This document shows, piece by piece, positions 46,978-55,841 of a DNA stretch of 64,000 bases (positions within the stretch are counted from its first letter, which is position 1; every line of letters begins with the position of its first letter). The notes beneath the pieces were generated by a model that saw only the letters and a list, made by a program, of their open reading frames with translations, did not search any database and was not told the DNA's origin. The DNA lies in the NCBI GenBank assembly GCA_001001115.1, contig LCIO01000001.1, positions 172,710-236,709 on the forward strand. Direction: 5' to 3'. Source of the stretch: Candidatus Wolfebacteria bacterium GW2011_GWA1_44_24. GTDB lineage: Bacteria; Patescibacteriota; Minisyncoccia; UBA6257; UBA9933. Position numbers and translations under genes: made by a program.

Positions 46978-48124
46978 CTATTATTTTTTTATAATTTTCA
47001 GCGACTTTGTCGCCGTAATCGTCCCAAGTAAAACCGGCGGTAACCCTTTCTTTGGCGGATTGCCCAATTTGACGACAAATTTCCGGATTTTCATAAAGAT
47101 AAATCAGTTTCTCCTTTAATTTTTCGATATCGCGGATTGGAATGATAAATCCGTCGGTGCCCTCCCTGACAATATCTTCCGCTCCCGCATTGACGGTGGC
47201 AATTACCGGAAGGCCGCACGCCATTGCCTGAACCTGCACCAAAGCAAGCCCTTCCTGAATCGACATTATCACAAAAACCGACCCCTGTGAATAATATTTA
47301 TAAAGCTCTTTTTGCGGAACATGGCCGATCCATTTGAATTTTCCTTCATATTTTCTGAAAAACGGCTTTATTTCGTCGCTCATGGAACCGATGAGAAGCA
47401 ATTCGGCATTAGGAAGATTCAATTCGGAAAATGCCTTGAGAAGATAATGAACTCCTTTCGGCAAACTCATGCCGCCGACAAACACAACCCTGAAAACGCC
47501 GTCTTTTTTGGGAACTTGTTTGAATTCGGACAAATCGACTCCGTACGGAATATGGATTAATTTATTCTCCGGCACGCCCTGCTCCATAAATGTTCTTTTG
47601 ACGAACAGCGACGGAACCGAGATGTAATCCGCCTGCTGATAAGATTGCAAATCGTCTTCAATACAGCGGGGATGGGGAAATAAAAAAGGACTCGGGGGTA
47701 TCCCGAATTTATCGTATTCTTCTTTTAAAACTTTAGTTACGTAAAGCGTATGGGCGCTCCCGTTTTCAACCACCGCAATCATTCCCATCCGCATTGCCTT
47801 CCTCATGGTGTGATGGAACACCGACGGCCCGCCGACCAAAATATCCGCCTTTTTCAACCGCTTTCCCGACTGCCGGTCAAAAACCCGGTGAAGAAAGTGC
47901 TGGGGATTGTATAAATTTTTAACCGCCTGGGGAAGCTTTTGCCAGCTTCGCTGCAATATTTCTTTTGCGACAAACGAATCTATTTTATCCTTTGGAATGC
48001 CATATTTAACGACTTCGAATTTGGGGTAGGAAGTGATAAGTTGGCTTAAATAGCCCCGCTTCAATAATTGCTGGGCCAAATTGAACATGTGAAATCTTCC
48101 CAAAACGGAAATTGCGACTTTCAT
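46949..48124 (-). CDS. Glycosyltransferase family 4
   Basis: 391 aa. The C-terminal GT-B donor domain reads FVIMSIQEGLALVQVQAMACGLPVIAT. Confidence 0.85.
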   Translation of the reverse strand: MKVAISVLGRFHMFNLAQQLLKRGYLSQLITSYPKFEVVKYGIPKDKIDSFVAKEILQRSWQKLPQAVKNLYNPQHFLHRVFDRQSGKRLKKADILVGGPSVFHHTMRKAMRMGMIAVVENGSAHTLYVTKVLKEEYDKFGIPPSPFLFPHPRCIEDDLQSYQQADYISVPSLFVKRTFMEQGVPENKLIHIPYGVDLSEFKQVPKKDGVFRVVFVGGMSLPKGVHYLLKAFSELNLPNAELLLIGSMSDEIKPFFRKYEGKFKWIGHVPQKELYKYYSQGSVFVIMSIQEGLALVQVQAMACGLPVIATVNAGAEDIVREGTDGFIIPIRDIEKLKEKLIYLYENPEICRQIGQSAKERVTAGFTWDDYGDKVAENYKKIIDETRSSRKN

Positions 48125-48136
48125 ATTTTCAAAAAA

Positions 48137-49144
48137 TTATCCCGTTAAATACTTTCCGATTGTAGAAGTTTTCAATTTATGCCGCAAGGACGCCGGTATC
48201 ACTTTTTTCAAATGCCAAATCGTTTTTTTTAGCAACAATTTCCGGTTGCTTTGGCTTATAAGCATTATCCTGAATGCCAAATCTTCGCGCAAAGTAATTT
48301 CAGTTTGACCGTCTATATCGTTTTTCTTTATAAATTTGCCGTATAATTCCAATAAAATGGAAATGATTTCTTTTATTTGGTTGTTTGTAAGAGATTTTCC
48401 GAGACGGGAGAACCATTCCGCCGTCGCCTCCGGCACTTCCCTCTCCAACAATTTTTCAAACAATTGTTTTCTTATCTTGACGCTGAAATGATATTGCGTC
48501 TTTGATTGCGTGTTCATTATCGATTTGCCGTGCAGGCGCCGGCTGTGCAAAATTTCCTGCAAATTGGCGAAACGCGTCGAAAAAATAAGCCGGCTCCATA
48601 ATTCGGTGTCTTCTGTGTGGATAAATCGGGGGTCGTATCCGCCGGTCTCCATTACGACATCGCGCTTCATCATCACGGTGGGATGGATAATGGCGCAATC
48701 AAAAAGCATTTTCCAAAAAATCGGATAATGAGTCGCCGGCTGTTCCAAAACCGCTATAAAATTTCCCCTGCTATCGATATGATTGATGTTCGTCCCGAGC
48801 ACTCCTGTTTCCGGATGCCGCTCAAAATATTTTATTTGTTTTTCAAACCTTTCCGGATTGCTTATGTCGTCGGCGTCCATTCGGGCGATAAATTCGCCGC
48901 GTGCTATTTTCAAGCCCAGATTTAAAGATTTCACAAGCCCGATGTTTTTTTCGTTTTTAAGGCGCACGATGCGCTTATCGCCGAATTCAGCAATAATTTT
49001 TTCGGTGTCGTCAGTCGATCCGTCGTTGATAATAATAAATTCAAAATCAGAAAAAGTCTGATTTAATATGCTTTCAACCGCTTCCCTTAAATACTTCGCC
49101 CCGTTATAAACCGACATTATTACCGATATGTTAGGAATATTCAT
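48137..49144 (-). CDS. Glycosyltransferase family 2
   Basis: 335 aa. ISVIMSVYNGAKYL, IIINDGSTDDT and ARMDADD. Confidence 0.88.
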   Translation of the reverse strand: MNIPNISVIMSVYNGAKYLREAVESILNQTFSDFEFIIINDGSTDDTEKIIAEFGDKRIVRLKNEKNIGLVKSLNLGLKIARGEFIARMDADDISNPERFEKQIKYFERHPETGVLGTNINHIDSRGNFIAVLEQPATHYPIFWKMLFDCAIIHPTVMMKRDVVMETGGYDPRFIHTEDTELWSRLIFSTRFANLQEILHSRRLHGKSIMNTQSKTQYHFSVKIRKQLFEKLLEREVPEATAEWFSRLGKSLTNNQIKEIISILLELYGKFIKKNDIDGQTEITLREDLAFRIMLISQSNRKLLLKKTIWHLKKVIPASLRHKLKTSTIGKYLTG

Positions 49145-49154
49145 GATAATGATA

Positions 49155-50216
49155 TTATGCCGTAATTTCGTTGATAAACCGCGTTACTTTATCGCAATAA
49201 TCGTCAAGATTTATATTTCGAGGGACTAAAATACGATAACGTTTTATTTTAGAAAAAGATTTTTCAAGGATTTCTTTCTGCGTTGTTTCGAATTCCAGCA
49301 TGTCAAATAAACCGAGAGCTTCCAAAGAATACAGATATTTCAAACCGCCGGAGAATTCAAGATGAAGAATTCCCGCCGTTTCCCCGACAAGCTCATCCAA
49401 TTTCATTTCTTCTATTTTTATTTCGCTTCCGTCATATTTGCTCAAAAACAAGCCGGCGAACAAATCTTTTTGCTTTCCCATTTGTTCGGAAGGAACAATA
49501 AAATTCGCCGGCACTTTCGCATAATCGGCGTGCCATCCATTCAAAATCGGCTCTCCGGCCAGAAAACGCTTGGCTGCAAAATTCACAGCCCGTTTTCCTT
49601 CGTAATACGGCCAAAATATCTTTCTCATTGTCAGATATCTGCCGAAAGAAGTGTTTCTAATTTCCGGAAAAAATTTTACGTGATAATCGTAGATTGAAAA
49701 ATCGCTCGGATAAGAATGCATCTTTGCGTTTTTATCGATGATTACGAAATCATCTCCGAAAAACTTGAAATTTTTCTCTTTGCGAAGTTTGGACATAAGC
49801 GTTGTTTTCCCCGTTCCCCCGAAGGCCGGGAAAATTAAGCCTTTGCCGTTTATTTCCGCGCCGGCGCCATGTAAAAAACTATACCCGCGCTTCAAAAGCA
49901 AAACCTGCAGCCAAAGATTAGTTGCCCGATTGGCGTAAGCCGTATATTCGCAAATTTTATTGTTATTCAAAGTTAACGCGAATTTCTCCCGGGGAAAATA
50001 TACTCCCGAATCAAAACCGATAAATTCATCCGTTATTTTAAGCCCGGATTCCGGCAATTGAAATTCGGAAAATTTTCTTACTTCATAATCAACGGTTTCA
50101 TATTCCTCGTCCGCCTTGAAATCCCGCAGATAATGATCGTAGCCGGGAGTTAAATCGTTATTTTCTTCAATAACCGCCACTTTCAAAAAATTATGAATAT
50201 TGTAAAAAGATTTCAT
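49155..50216 (-). CDS. Hypothetical protein with HPr-kinase-C-terminal-like P-loop domain
   Basis: 353 aa. LHGAGAEINGKGLIFPAFGGTGKTTLMSKL resembles the HprK/HprK-related kinase nucleotide-binding segment. The rest is not recognisable. Confidence 0.5.
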   Translation of the reverse strand: MKSFYNIHNFLKVAVIEENNDLTPGYDHYLRDFKADEEYETVDYEVRKFSEFQLPESGLKITDEFIGFDSGVYFPREKFALTLNNNKICEYTAYANRATNLWLQVLLLKRGYSFLHGAGAEINGKGLIFPAFGGTGKTTLMSKLRKEKNFKFFGDDFVIIDKNAKMHSYPSDFSIYDYHVKFFPEIRNTSFGRYLTMRKIFWPYYEGKRAVNFAAKRFLAGEPILNGWHADYAKVPANFIVPSEQMGKQKDLFAGLFLSKYDGSEIKIEEMKLDELVGETAGILHLEFSGGLKYLYSLEALGLFDMLEFETTQKEILEKSFSKIKRYRILVPRNINLDDYCDKVTRFINEITA

Positions 50217-50218
50217 TT

Positions 50219-51253
50219 TTATTGCTGCGCCAATTCAATCGCCCGATAGACATCTTCGGCAAATTTTTCAACGCGAAAAGGATAGTTTGGAGAATTGATG
50301 TATTCCCAGCCCCGCTGTCTCATTATTTCATATTCTTTGATGCCGGCAAACGACTGCAAATATGAAACCAGTTCATCCAAATTTTTGAAATTATTGTAAT
50401 TAATGTAAGTGTCGCGGGGAATGTATTCATCGGTGTTCGGCGGCGGGAGATATACCGGCACCGCGCCGGTCGCCATTGCCATAAAAGGGTCGTATTCAAA
50501 ATCTCCCGCGGGAATAGCGTTTTGAATACACAACGCATACCAGTATTCGGCGAACGCTTCCCATTTATCCGGAGCGAAACCTTTATATAAATTCGTATAA
50601 AAAGGCCGCGACATGCCAAGATGGTACGTTTTTTCCGAATTCCATCCCGGGCCAAAAAGATCGAGTAAAGCATCTCCGCGTTTTTCAAAATATCTGATGA
50701 TATCCCTCCGCAAAGAATACAATTCTCCAGGCACGGATGAGTATTTATTGGACTGCATCAAAACGCATAAATTTTTCTTCTCTTTTGAAAGAAAATGTTG
50801 GCGTTTTTCTTTCGGAAAAGGCACAGAAACTTTGAATTCCACGAATTTTCCCGGGTATTGCTTCGCCAAATCGCTTGACCAGGAAAGAAAAACCTTATGA
50901 AACGGCATATAATATTTCAGATATTTCCAAGCCCAAGGATTAACGATATTTGGCTCCAAAATAAAAAAGATGACGTTTTTCGGATGGACGCGCCTTTTCA
51001 GTATTGTAAAGTATTTTGCCGGAGAAGGTTCCATCATTAACCACAAATCAACCTCTTTTAAATTTTTGTAAACGTCGTAGGTGTGAATCTCAATCCCTTT
51101 CTCATTTAAGAGTTTTTTTAAGGCCTCGTATCTTTCCGCCACCGGAAGACCTCCCATGCTTTTTGCAAATTCCGACTTTGAATCAAAAATCTGATCTTTA
51201 AGCATATTGGGATACCCCGGGTCAAAAGCGATTTTTTTTATTTGTTTTGCCAT
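50219..51253 (-). CDS. Putative glycosyltransferase, GT10 (alpha-1,3-fucosyltransferase)-like C-terminal architecture
   Basis: Start trimmed to MAKQIKK (ATG 51253), just after the upstream stop. The pattern is NLCVLMQSNKY...R...LDLFGPGW...K...YWYALCIQNA...DPFMAMATGAVPVYLPP...IPRDTYINYNNF...LVSYL. It parallels the GT10 layout as I recall it. Confidence 0.45.
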   Translation of the reverse strand: MAKQIKKIAFDPGYPNMLKDQIFDSKSEFAKSMGGLPVAERYEALKKLLNEKGIEIHTYDVYKNLKEVDLWLMMEPSPAKYFTILKRRVHPKNVIFFILEPNIVNPWAWKYLKYYMPFHKVFLSWSSDLAKQYPGKFVEFKVSVPFPKEKRQHFLSKEKKNLCVLMQSNKYSSVPGELYSLRRDIIRYFEKRGDALLDLFGPGWNSEKTYHLGMSRPFYTNLYKGFAPDKWEAFAEYWYALCIQNAIPAGDFEYDPFMAMATGAVPVYLPPPNTDEYIPRDTYINYNNFKNLDELVSYLQSFAGIKEYEIMRQRGWEYINSPNYPFRVEKFAEDVYRAIELAQQ

Positions 51254-51263
51254 AAAATAATTA

Positions 51264-52367
51264 TTACTGTTTGAAAAAATCTTTGATGGCATCGCAGACG
51301 CGCGCGATTTCCTCGTCCGTTAACTTACTCGAAGAAGGAAGCCATAATCCTTTGGCGGCAATTTTTTGAGCAACCGGGTGCGATTCACTGCGATTATAAA
51401 CCGGTTCTGCATGCAAAGCCGGATAAAACGGCCGACTTCCTATTTGATTATTTTTTAAAAATTCTATCAAATCTTCTCTCTTGCCGTTTTCCACCAAGAT
51501 ATCAATAAACCACGGCGAGGTGTTTTCTAAATTCGTGGGAATAAAAGAAATCCCCGCAACGCCTTCAAGATTTTTTTTGTAAAGAGCGTAAATGTCTTTT
51601 TTTCTTTGGACGCGCCAAGGCAACTTTTTCATTTGTTCAGTGCCGATAATTGCCTGAATGTCGGTAAATTTAAAATTCCAGCCCATGGTCAAATAACGGT
51701 CGGCGCCCGGCTTTTCGCGGCCAAAGTCGCGCAATTTTTGGATCCGCTCAATAAGAATTTCGTCATTTGTTATTAAGGCGCCGCCCTGCCCCGTTGAAAT
51801 CACTTTGGGCGCGCTAAAAGAAAAACTGCCGATATCACCGAAAGTCCCCAGATGTTTTCCGTTTTTGAATGAACCGAGAGACTGAGCCGCGTCTTCAATG
51901 AGTTTTATTTCTTTTTCTTTGCAAAAAGAAACGAATTCTTCCAGATTTGAAGGATAACGGCCGTTGATAGTGACAAGCATTATAGCTTTAGTGCGCGGGG
52001 AAACAGCTTTTTTCATCAACTCAAAATCCAAACACAAATTATCAGGATTAATATCGGCAAAAACCACTTCCGCACCGGCTAATTTTACGGCATTCGCGCT
52101 CGCTACCATCGTATAATCCGGAACAATCACTTCATCGCCCGGACCAATGCCACAAGCAATCAAAGCCAAAGTTAAACTGATGGTGCCATTGCTTACCACC
52201 GAACAATATTTAGCGCCGGTGTATTCCGCAATCATCTTTTCAAACTCCCGGGTTTTCTTAAATTCCGTCACCCAGCCGCCGCTTTTCAGATATTCTGAAA
52301 TGGCTTGCTCTTCCTTTTCGTCAAACCACGGCTCCATTTGATTTATAAAATTTTCCAGAATCGCCAT
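51264..52367 (-). CDS. DegT/DnrJ/EryC1/StrS-family PLP-dependent sugar aminotransferase
   Basis: 367 aa. DAAQSLGS and SFSFSAPKVISTGQGGALI. The Schiff-base Lys is present, so this is an aminotransferase rather than a ColD-type dehydratase. Confidence 0.88.
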   Translation of the reverse strand: MAILENFINQMEPWFDEKEEQAISEYLKSGGWVTEFKKTREFEKMIAEYTGAKYCSVVSNGTISLTLALIACGIGPGDEVIVPDYTMVASANAVKLAGAEVVFADINPDNLCLDFELMKKAVSPRTKAIMLVTINGRYPSNLEEFVSFCKEKEIKLIEDAAQSLGSFKNGKHLGTFGDIGSFSFSAPKVISTGQGGALITNDEILIERIQKLRDFGREKPGADRYLTMGWNFKFTDIQAIIGTEQMKKLPWRVQRKKDIYALYKKNLEGVAGISFIPTNLENTSPWFIDILVENGKREDLIEFLKNNQIGSRPFYPALHAEPVYNRSESHPVAQKIAAKGLWLPSSSKLTDEEIARVCDAIKDFFKQ

Positions 52368-52371
52368 AAGT

Positions 52372-52944
52372 TTATTTTTTTATCGCCTCCACATTCAGAC
52401 TTATCAAAATGCCTTTCTTTATATCCATATGCGGAACATAGGCGCGCGAGTAATCGTCGTAATCTTTGTGGATGGTCTTTTTCCAGTCATATCTCCCGAC
52501 TTTTATAAAACCATTACCTTCGAGCAGCCGTTTTAAACTTTTAAAATCATAGACGGTTTTGTGATAAACAATTTTCTTGTCGCCGGGAATCGGCCAACGG
52601 CCGAAAAGCGGCCCCAAAATTCCCTGATGTTCCAAATTTTTTCCGTATTTTAAATATACTTTTACAATCGCCTCGAAATCGGGAACCGCCAACCGCAAAA
52701 TGCCGCCCTTTCTCAAAACCCGCCGCCATTCTTTCAAAACTTTTATCGCCTCAAAACGGTCAAAATATTCAAAAGCATGGGAACAATAAATCAAATCAAC
52801 CGAATTATTTTTGAAATTAGACAAATTGTTGATGGGGCGACGATACTTAATATGAGGAAACTTCGCCAAATCAACATGAATAAAGCCGGGAATATACCGC
52901 TTGCCGCATCCCAAGTGGAGCATGAGTGGTTTTTTTGTTTTCAT
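52372..52944 (-). CDS. Class I SAM-dependent methyltransferase (Methyltransf_11-like)
   Basis: 190 aa. LHLGCGKR, VDLIYCSHAFEY and LRKGGILRLAVPD. Confidence 0.8.
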   Translation of the reverse strand: MKTKKPLMLHLGCGKRYIPGFIHVDLAKFPHIKYRRPINNLSNFKNNSVDLIYCSHAFEYFDRFEAIKVLKEWRRVLRKGGILRLAVPDFEAIVKVYLKYGKNLEHQGILGPLFGRWPIPGDKKIVYHKTVYDFKSLKRLLEGNGFIKVGRYDWKKTIHKDYDDYSRAYVPHMDIKKGILISLNVEAIKK

Positions 52945-53675
52945 AGACGTGCAGTAGTCGAAGCGATGAACTTCCTGTTCACAAAGATCGCGTCCGCTAC
53001 GGTGAGCTGGCCGTCCCGCTGGGTATAGGAATCATAAAAGTTAAAAAGCGAGAAGCCCTTCCCGCGAAGGTAGAGCGCAATATCTTCATACAATGGCGCG
53101 CCTTTGTAGATTTCCTCGAACTCCACTTCGGTCACTACCACCTTCGTATTTTTAAGCAGGCGCTCCGCCCCCTTAAGCGCCTCGAGCTCATATCCTTCAA
53201 GGTCGAGTTTTATGACATCCGCCTTTTCTATTTCATCGTCGAGCCGCACTATGGAGGTTTGGACCGTACCCTTCACCGTAACCGCAGTACCGTGGGAACG
53301 CTCCGCCCTCTGAAGAAAAGACGAGGAAACGTCGTTATCGGAAAGCAGGAATGATTTTGTGCCGGCAACACTTCCCAAGGCCTTTTCGCTTACTTTCACG
53401 TTTTCCATCCCCGCGAACTTTTTGCGCACTATCGCGAGCGATTCCGGATTGGGCTCGAATGCATACACGACGGGACGTTCATACATTTTAAGAAGGGACT
53501 CTATCCATGCTCCTCGATTACTCCCACCATCTACCACCGTTGGATCATCAGAGGCAACTAGTTTTTTAACGTCTTCGTGAATGTTCCGGTATGTGAGCAT
53601 CCCCTCTCGCGGCGCGAGCGCTTTTGCAAGCGGCAGCTGAATGTAGTAGCGGATGTAGGGACCAATCTTTCTCAT
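52941..53675 (-). CDS. FkbM-family methyltransferase (GC-rich copy)
   Basis: 244 aa. VVDGGSNRGAW, VYAFEPNP, IKLDLEGYELEALKGA and VVTEVEF. Hand-counted 60-nt lines give about 45-57% GC, and codon choice (GAG/AAG/CTC) differs from neighbouring genes. Confidence 0.85.
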   Translation of the reverse strand: MRKIGPYIRYYIQLPLAKALAPREGMLTYRNIHEDVKKLVASDDPTVVDGGSNRGAWIESLLKMYERPVVYAFEPNPESLAIVRKKFAGMENVKVSEKALGSVAGTKSFLLSDNDVSSSFLQRAERSHGTAVTVKGTVQTSIVRLDDEIEKADVIKLDLEGYELEALKGAERLLKNTKVVVTEVEFEEIYKGAPLYEDIALYLRGKGFSLFNFYDSYTQRDGQLTVADAIFVNRKFIASTTARL

Positions 53676-54058
53676 TATTCGAACACGATTTTGTCTTCCA
53701 CGAAGGGGCCGTTTTTGAATTCCAGCATTTCCGCGTCTTCAAGAACCTCCATGCCAAAACCGCTGTTCACGAGCATCACGCCCTGCCCCGAGTTCAATTT
53801 TAAAACTTCAACCAAGTCTTTCTCGAAATATATTGAAACTTTAACGCTGCCGGAAATAATAATCAGCGCCTCCATCTGGCCTTCCGTTGTCCTGGTCATC
53901 GGCTTATGATAATGCCCAGGCCATATTTTCCCCTTGGGATATTTCAAAGATATGATTTGCAACGGCCATTTTCCATCGGTAATAGGCGTTGTTCCATCTT
54001 GAAATTGGCCGTCGAAAACTATGGCAATCACCTTATCGTCTTTTTTAATAATTCTCAT
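53675..54058 (-). CDS. Small cupin-fold protein (WbuC-like)
   Basis: Start trimmed to MRIIKKDDKV (ATG 54058, 2 nt after the gmd stop). GHYHKP...EALIIISGSVKV...LEFKNGPF indicates a cupin barrel. Its TAA overlaps the ATG of the FkbM gene (TAATG). Confidence 0.6.
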   Translation of the reverse strand: MRIIKKDDKVIAIVFDGQFQDGTTPITDGKWPLQIISLKYPKGKIWPGHYHKPMTRTTEGQMEALIIISGSVKVSIYFEKDLVEVLKLNSGQGVMLVNSGFGMEVLEDAEMLEFKNGPFVEDKIVFE

Positions 54059-54060
54059 AA

Positions 54061-55056
54061 TTAATGTAAAACTTTGATGTATTTTGACGGTTCTTCGCCG
54101 CCGTCTTTTATATCGTGTTCCAGCATTTCTTTTAAAGTTGCTTTCCAATCATATTCCGGTTTCCATCCCAAAGCGCGGATTTTGCTGGAATCGCCTTCCA
54201 AATAAGGGACTTCGTTGGGCCGGAAATATTTTTTATCAATGACCACATATTTCTGCCAATCCAATCCCGCCAGTCCGAAACAAAACTCCAGCGCTTCTTT
54301 AATGCTACGCGCCTCTCCGGTGGCCACCACATATTCATCGGCTTTCGGCTGCTGCATAATAAGATGAATCGCTTTTACGTAATCTTTGGAATGGCCCCAG
54401 TCCCTGACTGCTTCAATGTTGCCCAATCTTAATTCCTTTACCTCGCCGCGAAGAATCGCCGCTATCCCTCTGGTAATTTTTCTCGTAACAAAAGTTTCAC
54501 CGCGCCGAGGCGATTCATGATTAAAAAGTATGCCTGTTGTCGCAAACAAGCCGTATCCCTCTCTATAAATTCGCGCAAGATGAAAAGTGGCTAATTTAGA
54601 AACGCCATAAGGACTTTGCGGTCTGAATTCCGAATTTTCATTGAATGGCGGCTTGCTTCGTGGCGCGCCGAACATTTCCGAACTTGACGCCTGATAAAAT
54701 TTTGTCTGAGGAGCATGCTGTCTGATGTATTCAAGAATATAAAGAGGACCCAAAGCATTGGACATCAAAGTAAAAGCCGGCATTTCAAAAGAAACTTTTA
54801 CGTGGCTCATCGCGCCCATATTGTAAATCTCGTCCGGCTTGAATTTTTCTATGACATTGGCGATGGAAATCGGGTCCGTGAGGTCGCCGTAAAAAGTGTC
54901 GAAATTAGGATTTTTATAAAGATGGTCAATACGTCTGGTGTTAAAATAACTCGCTCGGCGCAAAATGCCACGCACCTCGTATCCTTTTTCCAAAAGCAAT
55001 TCCGAAAGATAACTGCCGTCCTGACCGGTCACTCCGGTTATCAAAGCTTTTTTCAT
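54061..55056 (-). CDS. gmd: GDP-mannose 4,6-dehydratase
   Basis: 331 aa. ALITGVTGQDGSYLSELLLEKGYEV, SSSEMFG, SPYGVSKL and NHESPRRG. Confidence 0.93.
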   Translation of the reverse strand: MKKALITGVTGQDGSYLSELLLEKGYEVRGILRRASYFNTRRIDHLYKNPNFDTFYGDLTDPISIANVIEKFKPDEIYNMGAMSHVKVSFEMPAFTLMSNALGPLYILEYIRQHAPQTKFYQASSSEMFGAPRSKPPFNENSEFRPQSPYGVSKLATFHLARIYREGYGLFATTGILFNHESPRRGETFVTRKITRGIAAILRGEVKELRLGNIEAVRDWGHSKDYVKAIHLIMQQPKADEYVVATGEARSIKEALEFCFGLAGLDWQKYVVIDKKYFRPNEVPYLEGDSSKIRALGWKPEYDWKATLKEMLEHDIKDGGEEPSKYIKVLH

Positions 55057-55088
55057 AAAATAAATATTAGCAATCGCGACGCTTTAAG

Positions 55089-55841
55089 TCAAATAACAAT
55101 TTTCTTTAATTTATTGCTTGAAAAGTTATAAAATGATTCGCCGAATAAACCGATAATCAATTTTCTCAATAAATTTTTAACTTTATAACCGGCGGAATGA
55201 TATTTTTCCCTAATCAACGCGAAATCTTCGGGGTCGTGGAAAAGATATTTTGTTTTTCCAAACAAATTTTGTTTTTCCAAATGATATTTGGCCAACGCAT
55301 GGCTGGAAAGTTCGCAATGATTCAAATAATCGCCAAGATAGTCATAAAGGGTTGAAAATTTATCGATAAAATCCGAATTGGAGAAAAACCACAAATCCGA
55401 CATACCGCTACTGGCATCGCCGTTCCAATTGGGAGCGTAAAAGTAAAACGGATCGAATTCATCAAAACGAATATCCCTGAAAAAACCGAGGTCAAATCTC
55501 GCAATTATTACCCAATCATAAATAAAATTGTTTTTTCTTTCGTGCTCTTTCTTTAACTCAATAGATTTCTTGAGCGAGTACCAGCGGCTGTAAATACCAT
55601 GTTTCTTTGTCGGCTTTTCATCAAACATTATTTGCTTTTCAAAAATACTCGCTTGAGGTTTATAAAATTCTTTTAATTCCGTCTCAAGACCCTGGGTCCA
55701 AGTATGAATAAAGACATCAACATTATTTTTATCTAAAATATGGTTTTTATAAAGGGGGTAGGTAATTTCATTCCAATCTACCGGCTCTCCTCTGTCATTC
55801 TTGCCGCCAGCCAAGCCATGTAAACAAAAAGCGATTTTCAT
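55089..55841 (-). CDS. Hypothetical protein (250 aa), unknown function
   Basis: Intact ORF with a 4-nt overlap to the upstream GDPD gene. MKIAFCLHGLAGGKNDRG...VDVFIHTW...IIARFD is not assignable by eye. Confidence 0.5.
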   Translation of the reverse strand: MKIAFCLHGLAGGKNDRGEPVDWNEITYPLYKNHILDKNNVDVFIHTWTQGLETELKEFYKPQASIFEKQIMFDEKPTKKHGIYSRWYSLKKSIELKKEHERKNNFIYDWVIIARFDLGFFRDIRFDEFDPFYFYAPNWNGDASSGMSDLWFFSNSDFIDKFSTLYDYLGDYLNHCELSSHALAKYHLEKQNLFGKTKYLFHDPEDFALIREKYHSAGYKVKNLLRKLIIGLFGESFYNFSSNKLKKIVI

